Positions 28,534 to 37,790 of a stretch of 64,000 nucleotides of DNA are shown piece by piece. A program made the position numbers and the translations under genes. The notes beneath the pieces were generated by a model. The model ran no database searches, had not been told where the DNA came from, and saw only the letters and a list, made by a program, of their open reading frames with translations. The stretch spans positions 73,982 through 137,981 of the forward strand of contig CAZDKK010000002.1 in assembly GCA_964506245.1 (NCBI GenBank), read 5' to 3'. This stretch comes from an uncultured bacterium (GTDB lineage: Bacteria > Eisenbacteria > RBG-16-71-46 > CAIMUX01 > WJJG01). Positions within the stretch are counted from its first letter, which is position 1. Every line of letters begins with the position of its first letter.

Positions 28534-29703
28534 TCAGAAGAGATCCGCCACCTGCACGACCCGCGTGGAGCGCAGCTCCGCCGCCGCTCCGAGAGATTCG
28601 GCGATGCGGGGGCCGAACGAGCGCGACAGGATCAGGATCTGGTCCGCCGGCCGCGCGCGCAACGCCGCCCGGTCTTCGACCGGGATGGCAAAGGGCGGAT
28701 AGTAGCGGCCCGCCACGCGCGGATCGTCGTCGAAGAAGCGCAGCGACAGGCCTCGCAGATCGAGCAGGGCCAGATAGGTGAGGGCGCGGCTGGGGCAGTA
28801 GATGCCGAGGCTCTCACCCCGCCTGCGCGCGCCCTCGATGTAGGTGCTCAGTGTGTCCAGATTGGCCAGGGCACGCTCCCGGTAGGTCTCGGGCGCCGGT
28901 CCGGAGAGCTCCGGTGTGATAGCTGCCTCATCCGCCGGCGCACCCTCGGCACGTGTCCAGGCGGCATACACGGGCTCGCCGACGCGCGCCGCCTGGAAGG
29001 CCATGATCCGTGCGCCGACCGCGCTGGCCAGGGCCCGCAGGCTGCCGCGTGAAAAGTAGTTCCAGTGCTGGTGATACAGCATGTACAGGTCGCCGCGAGC
29101 GATGTTGGGCGTCTCGTCGGGCACGGAGAAGATGAGCACGCCCCCGGGGCTGAGCAGGGCAACCTGATCCCGCAGGAAGGAAGCCGCATCGGCGATGTGC
29201 TCGAGCACGGCGTAGTGGAGGATGACGTCGAACGGCCGCTCGAACCGGTCTCGGTCGAACTCGTCGGCGATGACGCGGATCCCCTCGCGCGCGCAGAGCT
29301 CGGCGCAGCGCCGATCGGGCTCGATGCCCGTGACGCGCGCACCGAGCTGCTCGAGCTTCTTCAGCAGGTAGCCGCTCCCGCAGCCGATCTCCAGAACCTC
29401 GAGCCCCGCGGCGGGCCGCTCGGGCAGATGCGCGCGAAGAAACTCGTAGAAATCCTCGCCGTAGCTCTTCCCCAGCCCCTGATCGTCCATGGGCGTGCCG
29501 ATCTGGCACCCCTGCCGGTACACCTCCGTGAGCTGCCGCGAGACCTCGGTGTTGGGCATCTGGACGAGAACGCCCAGCTCATCAACCCCCAGCGCGAACG
29601 GCAAGCGGTCCGGAAACGGATCGTTGCTCGGCCGCTCGCGCGGACCGATCTGGAAGGGGATCTCGCCCAAGTCCCAGAGCTGGGTCAGCCTGCGCGCGTT
29701 CAC
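28534..29703 (-). CDS. Class I SAM-dependent methyltransferase with C-terminal sugar C-methyltransferase-like domain (GTG start overlapping the upstream stop, GTGA)
   Basis: Motif I LEIGCGSGYLL. ~390 aa. C-terminal domain resembles Methyltransf_14 of TylC3/NovU-type enzymes (family knowledge). The N-terminal part of track ORF 28534..30432 is an artefact. Confidence 0.65.
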   Translation of the reverse strand: MNARRLTQLWDLGEIPFQIGPRERPSNDPFPDRLPFALGVDELGVLVQMPNTEVSRQLTEVYRQGCQIGTPMDDQGLGKSYGEDFYEFLRAHLPERPAAGLEVLEIGCGSGYLLKKLEQLGARVTGIEPDRRCAELCAREGIRVIADEFDRDRFERPFDVILHYAVLEHIADAASFLRDQVALLSPGGVLIFSVPDETPNIARGDLYMLYHQHWNYFSRGSLRALASAVGARIMAFQAARVGEPVYAAWTRAEGAPADEAAITPELSGPAPETYRERALANLDTLSTYIEGARRRGESLGIYCPSRALTYLALLDLRGLSLRFFDDDPRVAGRYYPPFAIPVEDRAALRARPADQILILSRSFGPRIAESLGAAAELRSTRVVQVADLF

Positions 29704-30782
29704 GCCTGGGAGTCCCCCGTCGCGACGATCTCGACCTCGGCCAGCGAGCGGGCGATGGTGGCCGACCGGTAGGGGAAATGCTCCGGAATCTCCTCGCCCA
29801 GCAGATGCTTGCGGATCAGGATGTCGGGCTCGTTGTAGCCCACCATGGCGCGCAGCGAGGTCGTGCCCGAGAAACGCGGGTTGATCTCGAACACATGGAC
29901 CACGCCGCCGACCAGGCGGCACTGGATGTTGATCGCGCCCGTCGCCCCCAGCGCGGCGGCGATCTGCTCGCAGGGTCCGGTCACCTCCGGGAATCGACCG
30001 ATGTCGCCCTGCGAGACGCCGCTGCTGATGGCCAGCACCGGCCCCAGCTCGTCGCGCCCCGAGCGGTTGGGGACCTTGAGCCGGTTGCTGAGCGCCGAGA
30101 GAATGTGGCGGTGCACGGCGATCGAGTTGATCAGGTTGCCGCCCATGTCGTGCAACACCCCCACCGTGTACTCGGCATCCACGCGCCCCACGTAGGCCTG
30201 GATGATGCACTCCGAGTAGTAGGTCAGCATCTGCGCGGCGCAGACGCGCAGCATCTCGCGGTCCTGGACCAGAAACGTGTTCGCCGATCCGCCTCCCCCG
30301 ACCGACGGTTTGATCACCGCGGGAAGGTGGCCGAAGGCGAGCGCGTCCTCCACGCTGCTTATGCGCGCGAACGGGGGGCAGGTGAATCCGTGAGCCTGGA
30401 GGAACTCGCAGGTCTTGATCTTGTCCATGCACAGGTCGATGACGCCCGCGGGGTTGATCGGGAGGAAGATCCCGAGTTCGGCAAAGCGCTCCCGGTTGGC
30501 GCTGAAGACCTTGAGCTCCGGCTCCGAGCCGTGGAAGAGCGCTCGCACCTCGTGGCGGCGACAGAGGCCCAGGATCGCATCCAGGAACGCGGCATCGCTC
30601 GCGGGGGGAACGACGTGGGAGACGTCCGCGGCGCTGAGCCCGGCGCTGAAGCGGCTCATGTCCGTTCCGACGACGTGGTAAGGCGTCTCGGCCAGGCGCA
30701 GCGCCTTGAGGATCTGCTCGCCGTGTCCGCCGCCGCCCACGCCGGTCACCATCACGCAGATGGGTCCTGAATGCCTGCTCAC
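29700..30782 (-). CDS. ATP-grasp domain protein (carboxylate-amine ligase type) in a sugar-modification cassette
   Basis: ATP-grasp signatures (PAVIKPSVGGGGSANTF ... FEINPRFSG). GTG start. Confidence 0.8.
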   Translation of the reverse strand: MSRHSGPICVMVTGVGGGGHGEQILKALRLAETPYHVVGTDMSRFSAGLSAADVSHVVPPASDAAFLDAILGLCRRHEVRALFHGSEPELKVFSANRERFAELGIFLPINPAGVIDLCMDKIKTCEFLQAHGFTCPPFARISSVEDALAFGHLPAVIKPSVGGGGSANTFLVQDREMLRVCAAQMLTYYSECIIQAYVGRVDAEYTVGVLHDMGGNLINSIAVHRHILSALSNRLKVPNRSGRDELGPVLAISSGVSQGDIGRFPEVTGPCEQIAAALGATGAINIQCRLVGGVVHVFEINPRFSGTTSLRAMVGYNEPDILIRKHLLGEEIPEHFPYRSATIARSLAEVEIVATGDSQA

Positions 30783-31513
30783 GTTGCAGGGTCCTCCAGC
30801 TTCTCGGCTGGCGCTCGGCGCAGCCAGGTCTTCATCTGCTCCGGCAGCGCATGGCCGTATAACCGGATCATCTCTTCGACATCGAAGGGTATGCGTCCGA
30901 TGCGCGCCGCACGTGTGGCCGGATCGAAGAGCGCGAACGCCGCCGTCCCGCTATCGTCGCGCGGGAGGCCGACCGATCCGACGTTGACGCAGAGCACCCG
31001 CCCGGCCTCCCGGATGAAGGGGCGGTGTGTGTGTCCCATGAAAACGACGTCGTACGGCAGGTCGCTACAGGGCGAGAAGTCGCCATCCGGGTAGAGGTAT
31101 CCCTCCTGGGGATCATCCGGCCGGCCGTGGACGAGGAGCATCCGACAGCCGTCGACCTGTGCCTCGCGGCGGATGGGCCACATGGCGATCGTTGCCAGGC
31201 GGTCCGCCCCGAGCCGCGCTCGGGCCTCTTGGATCTGGTAGATCGGCTCCCCGCGAATCGCCCGCGGAGATTGGGTGAAGAGGTAGCTCTCGTGGTTCCC
31301 CTGCTGGCACAACGCACCGCATTCGGCCAGCACGTCGAAGACCTCGCATTCGCCGGGGAGGTACCCCACCAGGTCCCCGAGCACGTAGATGCGTTCCGCG
31401 CCGAGCTGCTGGATGCGACGGAGGCAGGCTGACAGCGCCAGGGCGTTGCCGTGGATGTCGGAGAGAACCGCTACCTGCATGCCGCCCTCCGCTCGGTCTC
31501 CGCGTGCAGGCAC
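30779..31513 (-). CDS. Metallophosphoesterase (calcineurin-like); likely start at the internal ATG ~31480 (MQVAVLSDIHGN)
   Basis: DxH...GD...GNHE...H metallophosphoesterase motifs (VLSDIHGN, VLGDLVGY, GNHE, GHTH). Confidence 0.85.
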   Translation of the reverse strand: MPARGDRAEGGMQVAVLSDIHGNALALSACLRRIQQLGAERIYVLGDLVGYLPGECEVFDVLAECGALCQQGNHESYLFTQSPRAIRGEPIYQIQEARARLGADRLATIAMWPIRREAQVDGCRMLLVHGRPDDPQEGYLYPDGDFSPCSDLPYDVVFMGHTHRPFIREAGRVLCVNVGSVGLPRDDSGTAAFALFDPATRAARIGRIPFDVEEMIRLYGHALPEQMKTWLRRAPAEKLEDPAT

Positions 31514-32436
31514 TCGTCGACGCCCTCCGCCAGTCCGATCTCGGGACGCCAGCCCAGGACGCGCTCCGCTGCGCGCACGTCGTAGCGGGACGGGGTCCCC
31601 TCGAGGGGGTCATCCGCTCCGGAGGGTTTCACGGCCGATGCGTCGAGTCCGGCGAGCCGCGCGACCAGGAGCGCCAGCTCGCGCATAGTCACGGGCGTGG
31701 CGGCACTAATGTTGAAGATCCCCGCCGGCAACCGGCGCGCGTCCGGCGCTGCGGACGGCGCAGCGCACAGAGTCGGACTCAACGCCAGCAGAAAGGCCCG
31801 GCCGATGTCCCGCACATGGGTGAAGCTCTGTTCGCGCGATCCGCTGCCAAAGTAGTACAAGGGTCCGCCGTCCAGGGCCTGCTCGATGAATCGCTGAAGA
31901 ACGCCCCCGCGCCATTGCCGCGGTCCGTAGGGCGCGCACAGGCGCAGGGCCGTGAAGGGGACACCGGCGGTCCCCAGCACCCTTGTCCCCTCGCGTTCGG
32001 CCCAGGCCTTCTCTTGGGCGTAGGCCCCGAGGGGCCGGACCGGCGCCGACTCGTCGAGCGGCGTCCCGGCTGCCAACGCGGCGGGATCGTAGACCGCCAC
32101 CGTGGAGGCATAGATGAGCGGCAGGCGGCGTTCGACGCACAGCGTCAGGAGGCTCGCGTCCATCGCCCGATTGGCCGCCGCGGCCGCGGTGGAATCCTCG
32201 TGACTCGGGGGAAGCACGGCAGCGGTGTGCGCCACCGCGTCCACCTCGCCCAGGCGCGCCACGCTGCGCGCATCGGTCAGATCGCACTTGGTCCACTTCA
32301 GGCCGGCCTGCTTCCAGGAAGGGTGTTGCGGAGCCCAGGGCGCTGTGACCCGGCAGCCCGCCTCCAGCAGCGCCCGGCCGACGGCCTCGCCCACCAGACC
32401 TGGGGCGCCGGTCAAGAGGATGCGGTTCTGCGTCAC
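31471..32436 (-). CDS. NAD-dependent epimerase/dehydratase (extended SDR); GTG 32436 with GGGGAGGG RBS (alternative ATG 32505)
   Basis: ILLTGAPGLVG Rossmann motif. YxxxK-type SDR region. The upstream part of track ORF 31471..32835 is non-coding repeat DNA. Confidence 0.75.
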   Translation of the reverse strand: MTQNRILLTGAPGLVGEAVGRALLEAGCRVTAPWAPQHPSWKQAGLKWTKCDLTDARSVARLGEVDAVAHTAAVLPPSHEDSTAAAAANRAMDASLLTLCVERRLPLIYASTVAVYDPAALAAGTPLDESAPVRPLGAYAQEKAWAEREGTRVLGTAGVPFTALRLCAPYGPRQWRGGVLQRFIEQALDGGPLYYFGSGSREQSFTHVRDIGRAFLLALSPTLCAAPSAAPDARRLPAGIFNISAATPVTMRELALLVARLAGLDASAVKPSGADDPLEGTPSRYDVRAAERVLGWRPEIGLAEGVDECLHAETERRAACR

Positions 32437-32531
32437 GAACCCTCCCCGTCCGCGGGGCCCAGCGGCGCCAGATCCCGCGCCGGCCGCCTCGCCGTTGCCG
32501 ATCATGGTAGCGAAGTCCCAGCCGCGCCAGC

Positions 32532-32600
32532 GGAAACGCGCCGGGGAGGCGCGCCCGGGAAGCGCGCCCGGGAAACGCGCCCGAGAAGCGCGCCGGGGGA
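32532..32600. repeat. Five tandem ~13-bp direct repeats A(A/G)GCGCGCC(C/G)GGG in the divergent promoter region between the SDR gene and the hisF-like gene
   Basis: ggaaacgcgccgggGAGGCGCGCCCGGGAAGCGCGCCCGGGAAACGCGCCCGAGAAGCGCGCCGGGGG. Each unit has a palindromic GCGCGC core. Confidence 0.7.
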
Positions 32601-32779
32601 AGTGCAACCGGGGTGACGCGCCCGCGGCGCGGCCCGGCGTGGGCCGCGGCCGCCGTCCGGTCCGGGGGTGTCCTCCGGGCTTTCGCGGCCACGCGGGGCA
32701 TGCCATCATCCGCCATGTGTCCCCGCCCGCCGCCGCGGACAGGCCTGGGTCCCGCAGATGCTCGGAGGGTTCTGTCCTC

Positions 32780-33541
32780 ATGCTGCAGACGCGCGTCATG
32801 CCGTGCCTGCTCCTGCGCCGCCGCGGGCTGGTCAAGACCGTGCGGTTCCGGGATCCTCAGTATGTGGGCGACCCGATCAACACCGTGCGCATCTTCAACG
32901 AGAAGGAAGTCGACGAGCTCATCTTCCTCGACATCCGGGCCACGCCCGATGCGCAGCCGCCTCAATTCGAGCTGCTGGGCGAGATCGCGGACGAGTGCTT
33001 CATGCCGTTCACGTACGGTGGTGGGTTGCGGACCCTCGCGGACATCGAGCGGGTACTGAAGCGCGGGGCGGAGAAGGTGGCGCTCAACACGATCGCCCAC
33101 GAGGACCCCGAGCTGGTGCGCGGCGCAGCCCGGCGTTTCGGGAGCCAGAGCATCGTGGCTTCGATCGATGCGAGCCGGGGCGCGCTGGGCCGCTACCGGG
33201 TCCTCACCCGCGGGGGCACCGTGAAGACCGGGGAGGACGCGGTCGCCTGCGCGGGGCGGATGGAGGATCTGGGCGCGGGAGAGATCCTGCTGACCGCCAT
33301 CGATCGGGATGGCACCATGGAGGGGTACGACCTCGAGCTGATCCGCCGCGTGACGCACGCGGTCCGCCTGCCGGTCATCGCATGCGGCGGCGCAGGTGCA
33401 ATCGCCGATTTCGTGCGTGCTGTCAGAGAGGCCGGCGCGTCGGCCGTGGCCGCCGGCAGCATGGTTGTCTATCAGGGACGGAACCGGGCTGTGCTGGTCA
33501 ACTTCCCGGAGAAGCGGGAACTGAAACTGGCGCTCGGGTAG
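32780..33541 (+). CDS. HisF-like cyclase (imidazole glycerol phosphate synthase subunit F paralog; WbuZ-type)
   Basis: (beta/alpha)8 HisF signatures (VRFRDPQYVGDP, LIFLDI, FTYGGGL, IACGGAG). GGAGGG RBS. Confidence 0.9.
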   Translation: MLQTRVMPCLLLRRRGLVKTVRFRDPQYVGDPINTVRIFNEKEVDELIFLDIRATPDAQPPQFELLGEIADECFMPFTYGGGLRTLADIERVLKRGAEKVALNTIAHEDPELVRGAARRFGSQSIVASIDASRGALGRYRVLTRGGTVKTGEDAVACAGRMEDLGAGEILLTAIDRDGTMEGYDLELIRRVTHAVRLPVIACGGAGAIADFVRAVREAGASAVAAGSMVVYQGRNRAVLVNFPEKRELKLALG

Positions 33542-33580
33542 TGGGATCACCCGGCGCGCAGATCGAGTCAGGAGGGATCC

Positions 33581-34459
33581 ATGAACAAGTCTCCCTTTAT
33601 CGTACTGAGCCTCATCGTCGTCGCCCTGGTCGCTGTCGTCATCGTGCTGGGCAACAAGTACAAGGAGACGACGGCTCGCTATGCCGAGACAAAGCAGGCT
33701 GAGGAGACCGTGAGGAACCAGTTCAACTCCGCGCTCGTTTCGCTCGCCGAGATCCAGGAGAGCCTCGAGTCCGTTGTGCCCGAGGGGGAGCGCGTGGTGC
33801 GTCTGGTGCGCGACGTCGAGCCCGGTACCGAGGAAGCGCAGACGCAGCGCGATCACATGCTCGGCACGATCTCCAACCTGAAGGAGACCATCGATCTCAG
33901 CAAGCGCCGGATTCGCGAGCTGGAGGAAAGCCTGCAGAAGAGCCACACCGAGATCAGCGGTCTGAAGCGGCTGATCGATAGCCTCAAGCGATCCGTCGCT
34001 GAGAAAGAGGCCTTGATCGCGAGGCTAACGGCCAAGGTCGACTCGCTCAACGTCACCGTGGTCGGTCTGAAGGAGGACGTCCGCCGAGGAGAAGAGACGA
34101 TCAGCCAGCAGGCAACCGTGATCGAGGCGAAGAGCCAGGAGCTGGCCACGGTCTTCTACGCGATCGGAACCAAGAAGGAGCTCAAGGCGAAGGGCATCAT
34201 CACGGAGAAGGGCGGTGTCATCGGCGTGGGGAAGTCCACGGTTCTGTCGGGCGCCTTCAGGGCAGGCGATTTCACGGCGCTGGACACCGATCGATTCAAG
34301 GAGATCCCGATCCCTGGTCGCGAGCCGCAGGTGCTGAGCGCGCAGAGCGCGCCGAGCTACGAGATCCAGATCACTCCCGAGGGAGCCAAGCTGGTGATCA
34401 AGGACGCGCGGGAATTCCGCAAGGTGAAGTATCTGGTCGTCATGGTGAAGGAGGACTAG
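33581..34459 (+). CDS. Membrane-anchored coiled-coil protein, hypothetical (lower GC than its neighbours)
   Basis: N-terminal TM (IVLSLIVVALVAVVIVL). ~170 aa heptad-rich coiled coil. Globular C-terminus. GGAGGG RBS. Confidence 0.7.
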   Translation: MNKSPFIVLSLIVVALVAVVIVLGNKYKETTARYAETKQAEETVRNQFNSALVSLAEIQESLESVVPEGERVVRLVRDVEPGTEEAQTQRDHMLGTISNLKETIDLSKRRIRELEESLQKSHTEISGLKRLIDSLKRSVAEKEALIARLTAKVDSLNVTVVGLKEDVRRGEETISQQATVIEAKSQELATVFYAIGTKKELKAKGIITEKGGVIGVGKSTVLSGAFRAGDFTALDTDRFKEIPIPGREPQVLSAQSAPSYEIQITPEGAKLVIKDAREFRKVKYLVVMVKED

Positions 34460-34771
34460 GCCGGAGCTCCGCGTTCGGCCATGCGTGGGCAGAATTCAAC
34501 CGGCTGGCGGCCAGGGCCGTGCCCTGCGGCGCGGCCGCCGGTGCCCCCGGGCGGTCGGAGGTTGCAGGCTCCCGCTCCGCTCCGCCGACCGAGGCGGCGC
34601 GCAACGTAAGTTCGTTATGTGAGTTACGCGCCCCCTCTGACCTGGCGTGCAGGCGCGGGATTCGGGGGACTTCAGCGGCCCGCCCTGGCCGGCTTCTTGC
34701 ATACCCTCCCCGCGGACCGGAATGTGTCCCCCTGACGGGCGGCGCCGCGCGCCATTTGCACGACGCCGCCC

Positions 34772-36067
34772 GTGGGTGCCAATCTCGAGGACGAGGATTC
34801 GCGCATGGCGCAACGCGCGCAGACCGCTGCTCCGGCCGCCCCGGCTGTTGCGGCCGTGCCTACGGCTCCGCCCTCCGCTGCCGCGCACGGGCCGCGCATC
34901 GTCGCGGCCGCCTTCACGCCGCCGCGCACGGACGTGCGCTTCTGCACGCGCTGCCTGTACGACGAGACCACGCCCGCTATCAGCTTCGATGAGCAGGGTG
35001 TGTGCAACTACTGCCACCTGCACGACCAGCTCGATCGCGCGCACCCCACCGGCCCCGCGGGCCGCAGCCGGCTCGAGGCCATGGCCGCGGAAATCCGCCG
35101 GGCGGGGCGGGGCAAGCCCTACGACGTCGCGGTCGGCGTGAGCGGGGGCTGCGATTCATCCTACCTGCTCTATCTCGCCAAGGACCTGGGCCTCCGGCCT
35201 CTGGCGGTCCACTACGACAACACCTGGGACTCGCGCGTTGCCGTCGAGAACATCCACCGGGTGCTCAGGGCGCTTGACGTCGAGCTCTTCACGATCGTCG
35301 TCGACAACGAGGAGTACGACGAGATCTACCGCTCGTTTCTCCTGGCGGGTGTGCCCGACATCGACACGGCAACGGACATCGGCCTGGCGGCCACGCTCTA
35401 CATCGCGGCCGAGAAGTTCGGCATCCGTTACACCTTCGAGGGCCATTCCTTCCGCACCGAGGGCATCTCGCCCATCGACTGGTGCTATATGGACGGCAAG
35501 TACATCGAGAGCGTCGTGCGCCAGTACAGCGGCTGCCGCCTGCAGACGTTCCCCAATTTGACCCTGGGGCGCTTCCTGCGCTGGATGATCGTGCGGCGCA
35601 TCAAGCGCCTGCGTCCCCTATACTACGTAGACTATCAGAAGGAGAACACCAAGCGCTTCCTGGCCGAGAAGTTCGACTGGCAGTGGTACGGCGGGCATCA
35701 TCTCGAGAACCGCTTCACGGCCTTCAGCCACAGCTACTTTTTCCCGCGCCGGTACGGCATCGATCAGCGGCGCAACGGGTGTTCCGCCCTCGTGCGGTCG
35801 GGTCAGATCAGCCGCGAGGAAGGTCTGCGGGAGCTCGGACAGCCGCCGCACCTGGAAGACGAGATCCTGACGCTGGTCAAGAAGCGGCTGCGTTTCAGTG
35901 ACGAGGAATTCGAGCGCGTGATGACGCAGCCCAAACACACCTATCGGGAGTTCAAGACCTACAAGCAGACCTTTGAGCGGCTGCGTCCGCTCTTCTGGCT
36001 GATGGCCGAGCTGGAGTTGGTGCCGCGCAGCTTCTACGTCAAGTACACGTCGAAGAGGAACATCTGA
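34772..36067 (+). CDS. N-acetyl sugar amidotransferase (PP-loop ATP pyrophosphatase, WbuX/PseA-like). The true start may be downstream of 34772.
   Basis: N-terminal C-x2-C...C-x2-C (FCTRCLYDE...GVCNYCHLHD). PP-loop VGVSGGCDSSY. With the HisH/HisF paralogs this forms the acetamidino-sugar triad. Confidence 0.85.
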   Translation: MGANLEDEDSRMAQRAQTAAPAAPAVAAVPTAPPSAAAHGPRIVAAAFTPPRTDVRFCTRCLYDETTPAISFDEQGVCNYCHLHDQLDRAHPTGPAGRSRLEAMAAEIRRAGRGKPYDVAVGVSGGCDSSYLLYLAKDLGLRPLAVHYDNTWDSRVAVENIHRVLRALDVELFTIVVDNEEYDEIYRSFLLAGVPDIDTATDIGLAATLYIAAEKFGIRYTFEGHSFRTEGISPIDWCYMDGKYIESVVRQYSGCRLQTFPNLTLGRFLRWMIVRRIKRLRPLYYVDYQKENTKRFLAEKFDWQWYGGHHLENRFTAFSHSYFFPRRYGIDQRRNGCSALVRSGQISREEGLRELGQPPHLEDEILTLVKKRLRFSDEEFERVMTQPKHTYREFKTYKQTFERLRPLFWLMAELELVPRSFYVKYTSKRNI

Positions 36068-36069
36068 AA

Positions 36070-36093
36070 GGGTCGTGCGCGCATTGACGACCC
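36070..36093 (+). terminator. Hairpin (7-bp stem GGGTCGT/ACGACCC, 10-nt loop) immediately after the amidotransferase stop; no U-tract
   Basis: gggtcgtgcgcgcattgacgaccc, 3 nt after stop TGA 36065-36067. Confidence 0.3.
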
Positions 36094-36099
36094 GTGCGT

Positions 36100-36620
36100 G
36101 CATGCTGTAGTTCCAAGCTGCTTGGAAGCGCCGGAGGTTCCGGGAGTACTGGGCGAAGCCGTCTCCAAGTACATAGTCCGCCTGCGCAAGCCCCCGTCGG
36201 CGACCTGGCGCACGTTCCTCAAGAACCACGTCAAGCACCTCCTCGTCACCGCCAATCCGACTGCGGAGTGGACAGCTCAGCAGATCGTCGAGGCATTCCC
36301 GTGGGAGGAAGCCCCCCGCCTCCTGCTTCGAGATCGCGACCGCATCTACGGCCAGGACTTCTCCCATCGAGTGGAGCGCACGACTGGTCGGCAGCATCTG
36401 CAGAGAATGCCTCGATCACGTGATCGTGCTCAACGAGCGGCACCTGAAGCGCATCCTCACGCACTACTTCGACTACTACCACCGGTGGCGTACGCGTCAG
36501 GGGCTGGACATGGACTGCCCGGGTGGCCGAGATGTTCATCCTGTAGAGCGCGGCGGTGTGGTCGAGATCGAGCACATGGGCGGCCTACACCATCACTACG
36601 AGCGGGCTGCCGCCTGACCC
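36100..36620 (+). pseudogene. 5'-truncated, frameshifted remnant of an rve/DDE insertion-sequence transposase (3' half)
   Basis: ...SATWRTFLKNH...ANPTAEWTAQQIVEAFPWEEAPRLLLRDRDRIYGQDFSHRV... and, after a frameshift, ...VLNERHLKRILTHYFDYYHRWR...GGLHHHYERAAA*. These align with the C-terminal half of the intact transposase at 39683..40828 (...VSSNPTAGW...IFDRDGKFGP...LGERHLRRMLHEYVEYHHEDR...GGLHHRYEWRGAA*). Confidence 0.75.
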
Positions 36621-36750
36621 CTCCCCCGAGCAGAGCCTCCGGTCCCCGCCCGTCGTCCTCGCACTGCCGCCGAGCCGCGCCCATGCCGCTCCGTTCGTGC
36701 ACTTTCGCCTTGTGAACCCGCTGCCAACAGGGTCGCAATAGAAGTTGAGT

Positions 36751-36795
36751 GATGGGCGCCGCGCGATTGTGAGGCTGCGGAGATGGAATCTGAGG
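36751..36795 (+). repeat. ~45-nt repeat, copy A: GATGGGCgccgcGCGATTGTGAGGCtGCGGAGATGgaatctgagg. Copy B is at 45235-45279.
   Basis: About 80% identity over ~45 nt in the same orientation; both lie downstream of decayed insertion-sequence copies. Confidence 0.6.
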
Positions 36796-36829
36796 CCGGA
36801 GTGCACCGCAGATGGGATTCTCGGGATGG

Positions 36830-37750
36830 TCACCTGAACCGCTGCAGCGCGTCGGGATCGATCGCCTTCTCGATGACCGCGATGAAATCCGCCGGCAGAT
36901 CCGCGCGATAGTCCTGCAGGCGAAAAGAAGCCCCCGGCGGGGGCGCCACCACACGGGTGCCGGCTTTCCCCACGGCCGGCACAGGGTCACCGGGAAAGCA
37001 TCCGGTAACGAGGTGGAAGAGGAGCACTCCCAGGCTGTAGAGATCGGATGCGACCGTCGCGACCCCATCGCGTAGGATCTCCGGGGCCATATACGCCGGG
37101 GTGCCCGAGATTCCCCGCACGTCGCCGTCCTCCTGCACCTCCGCTCCCACGCCGAAGTCCATCAGCAGATAGCGACCGCCCTCCTCCCGCATGATATTGC
37201 TCGCCTTGACGTCGCGATGGAGCAGACCGGCCTTGTGCACCGCCACGAGCGTTCGACAAACCTTGCGGCCGACCAGGCGCGCCTCGTCGGCGGCAAAGGT
37301 TCCTTGCGTCTGGAGCATCTCCTGCAGGGTGCATCCCCGGACCAGCTCCGTCCACATCCCGACCTGGTCGCCCTGCTTTCGGGCCCCATACACGCGGACG
37401 ACGTTGGGATCGTTCACGCGGGCCATCAGGATCGCCTCGTCCAGGACGGTTCCCGGAGCGCGCGTCAGAAGCCTCCCGCCGACGCCGGGCTGGGTACGAT
37501 AGATCTTGAGCGCCACCAGCCGGTCGAGGGCCTTCTCGCGGGCCAGAAAGACATCCGCAAACGCACCGGAGGCGATCCACTGCCAGACAAGAAGCTCGCC
37601 CCATTCACAGGGAGTCTCCAGCGTCCCGCCGGTGGATCCGCCGTGGAGACAGTCCCCGGCGAGGTCCGGACGAGAGCTTCTGTCGCGGGAATCGGATTCC
37701 ACAGGGGGCGCCGTCGGGTTTCGAACGTCGCAGGATTCGTCGGGGGCCAT
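36830..37750 (-). CDS. Orphan Hanks-type Ser/Thr protein kinase (kinase domain only)
   Basis: HRDVKASNIM, DFGVG, GTPAYMAPE motifs. Start ATG 37750 (MAPDESCD...); the track starts at 37867. Confidence 0.8.
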   Translation of the reverse strand: MAPDESCDVRNPTAPPVESDSRDRSSRPDLAGDCLHGGSTGGTLETPCEWGELLVWQWIASGAFADVFLAREKALDRLVALKIYRTQPGVGGRLLTRAPGTVLDEAILMARVNDPNVVRVYGARKQGDQVGMWTELVRGCTLQEMLQTQGTFAADEARLVGRKVCRTLVAVHKAGLLHRDVKASNIMREEGGRYLLMDFGVGAEVQEDGDVRGISGTPAYMAPEILRDGVATVASDLYSLGVLLFHLVTGCFPGDPVPAVGKAGTRVVAPPPGASFRLQDYRADLPADFIAVIEKAIDPDALQRFR

Positions 37751-37790
37751 AGCTTCCCCGGGGCCCGAACCGCCACAAGCGCCACTCGAG

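Noticed and set aside
32640-32779. Possible sigma54 promoter upstream of the hisF-like gene (GG..GC-like spacing around 32740-32760)
   Set aside because: Only the GG/GC dinucleotides matched; the rest deviates strongly from TGGCACG-N4-TTGCW. Not reported.
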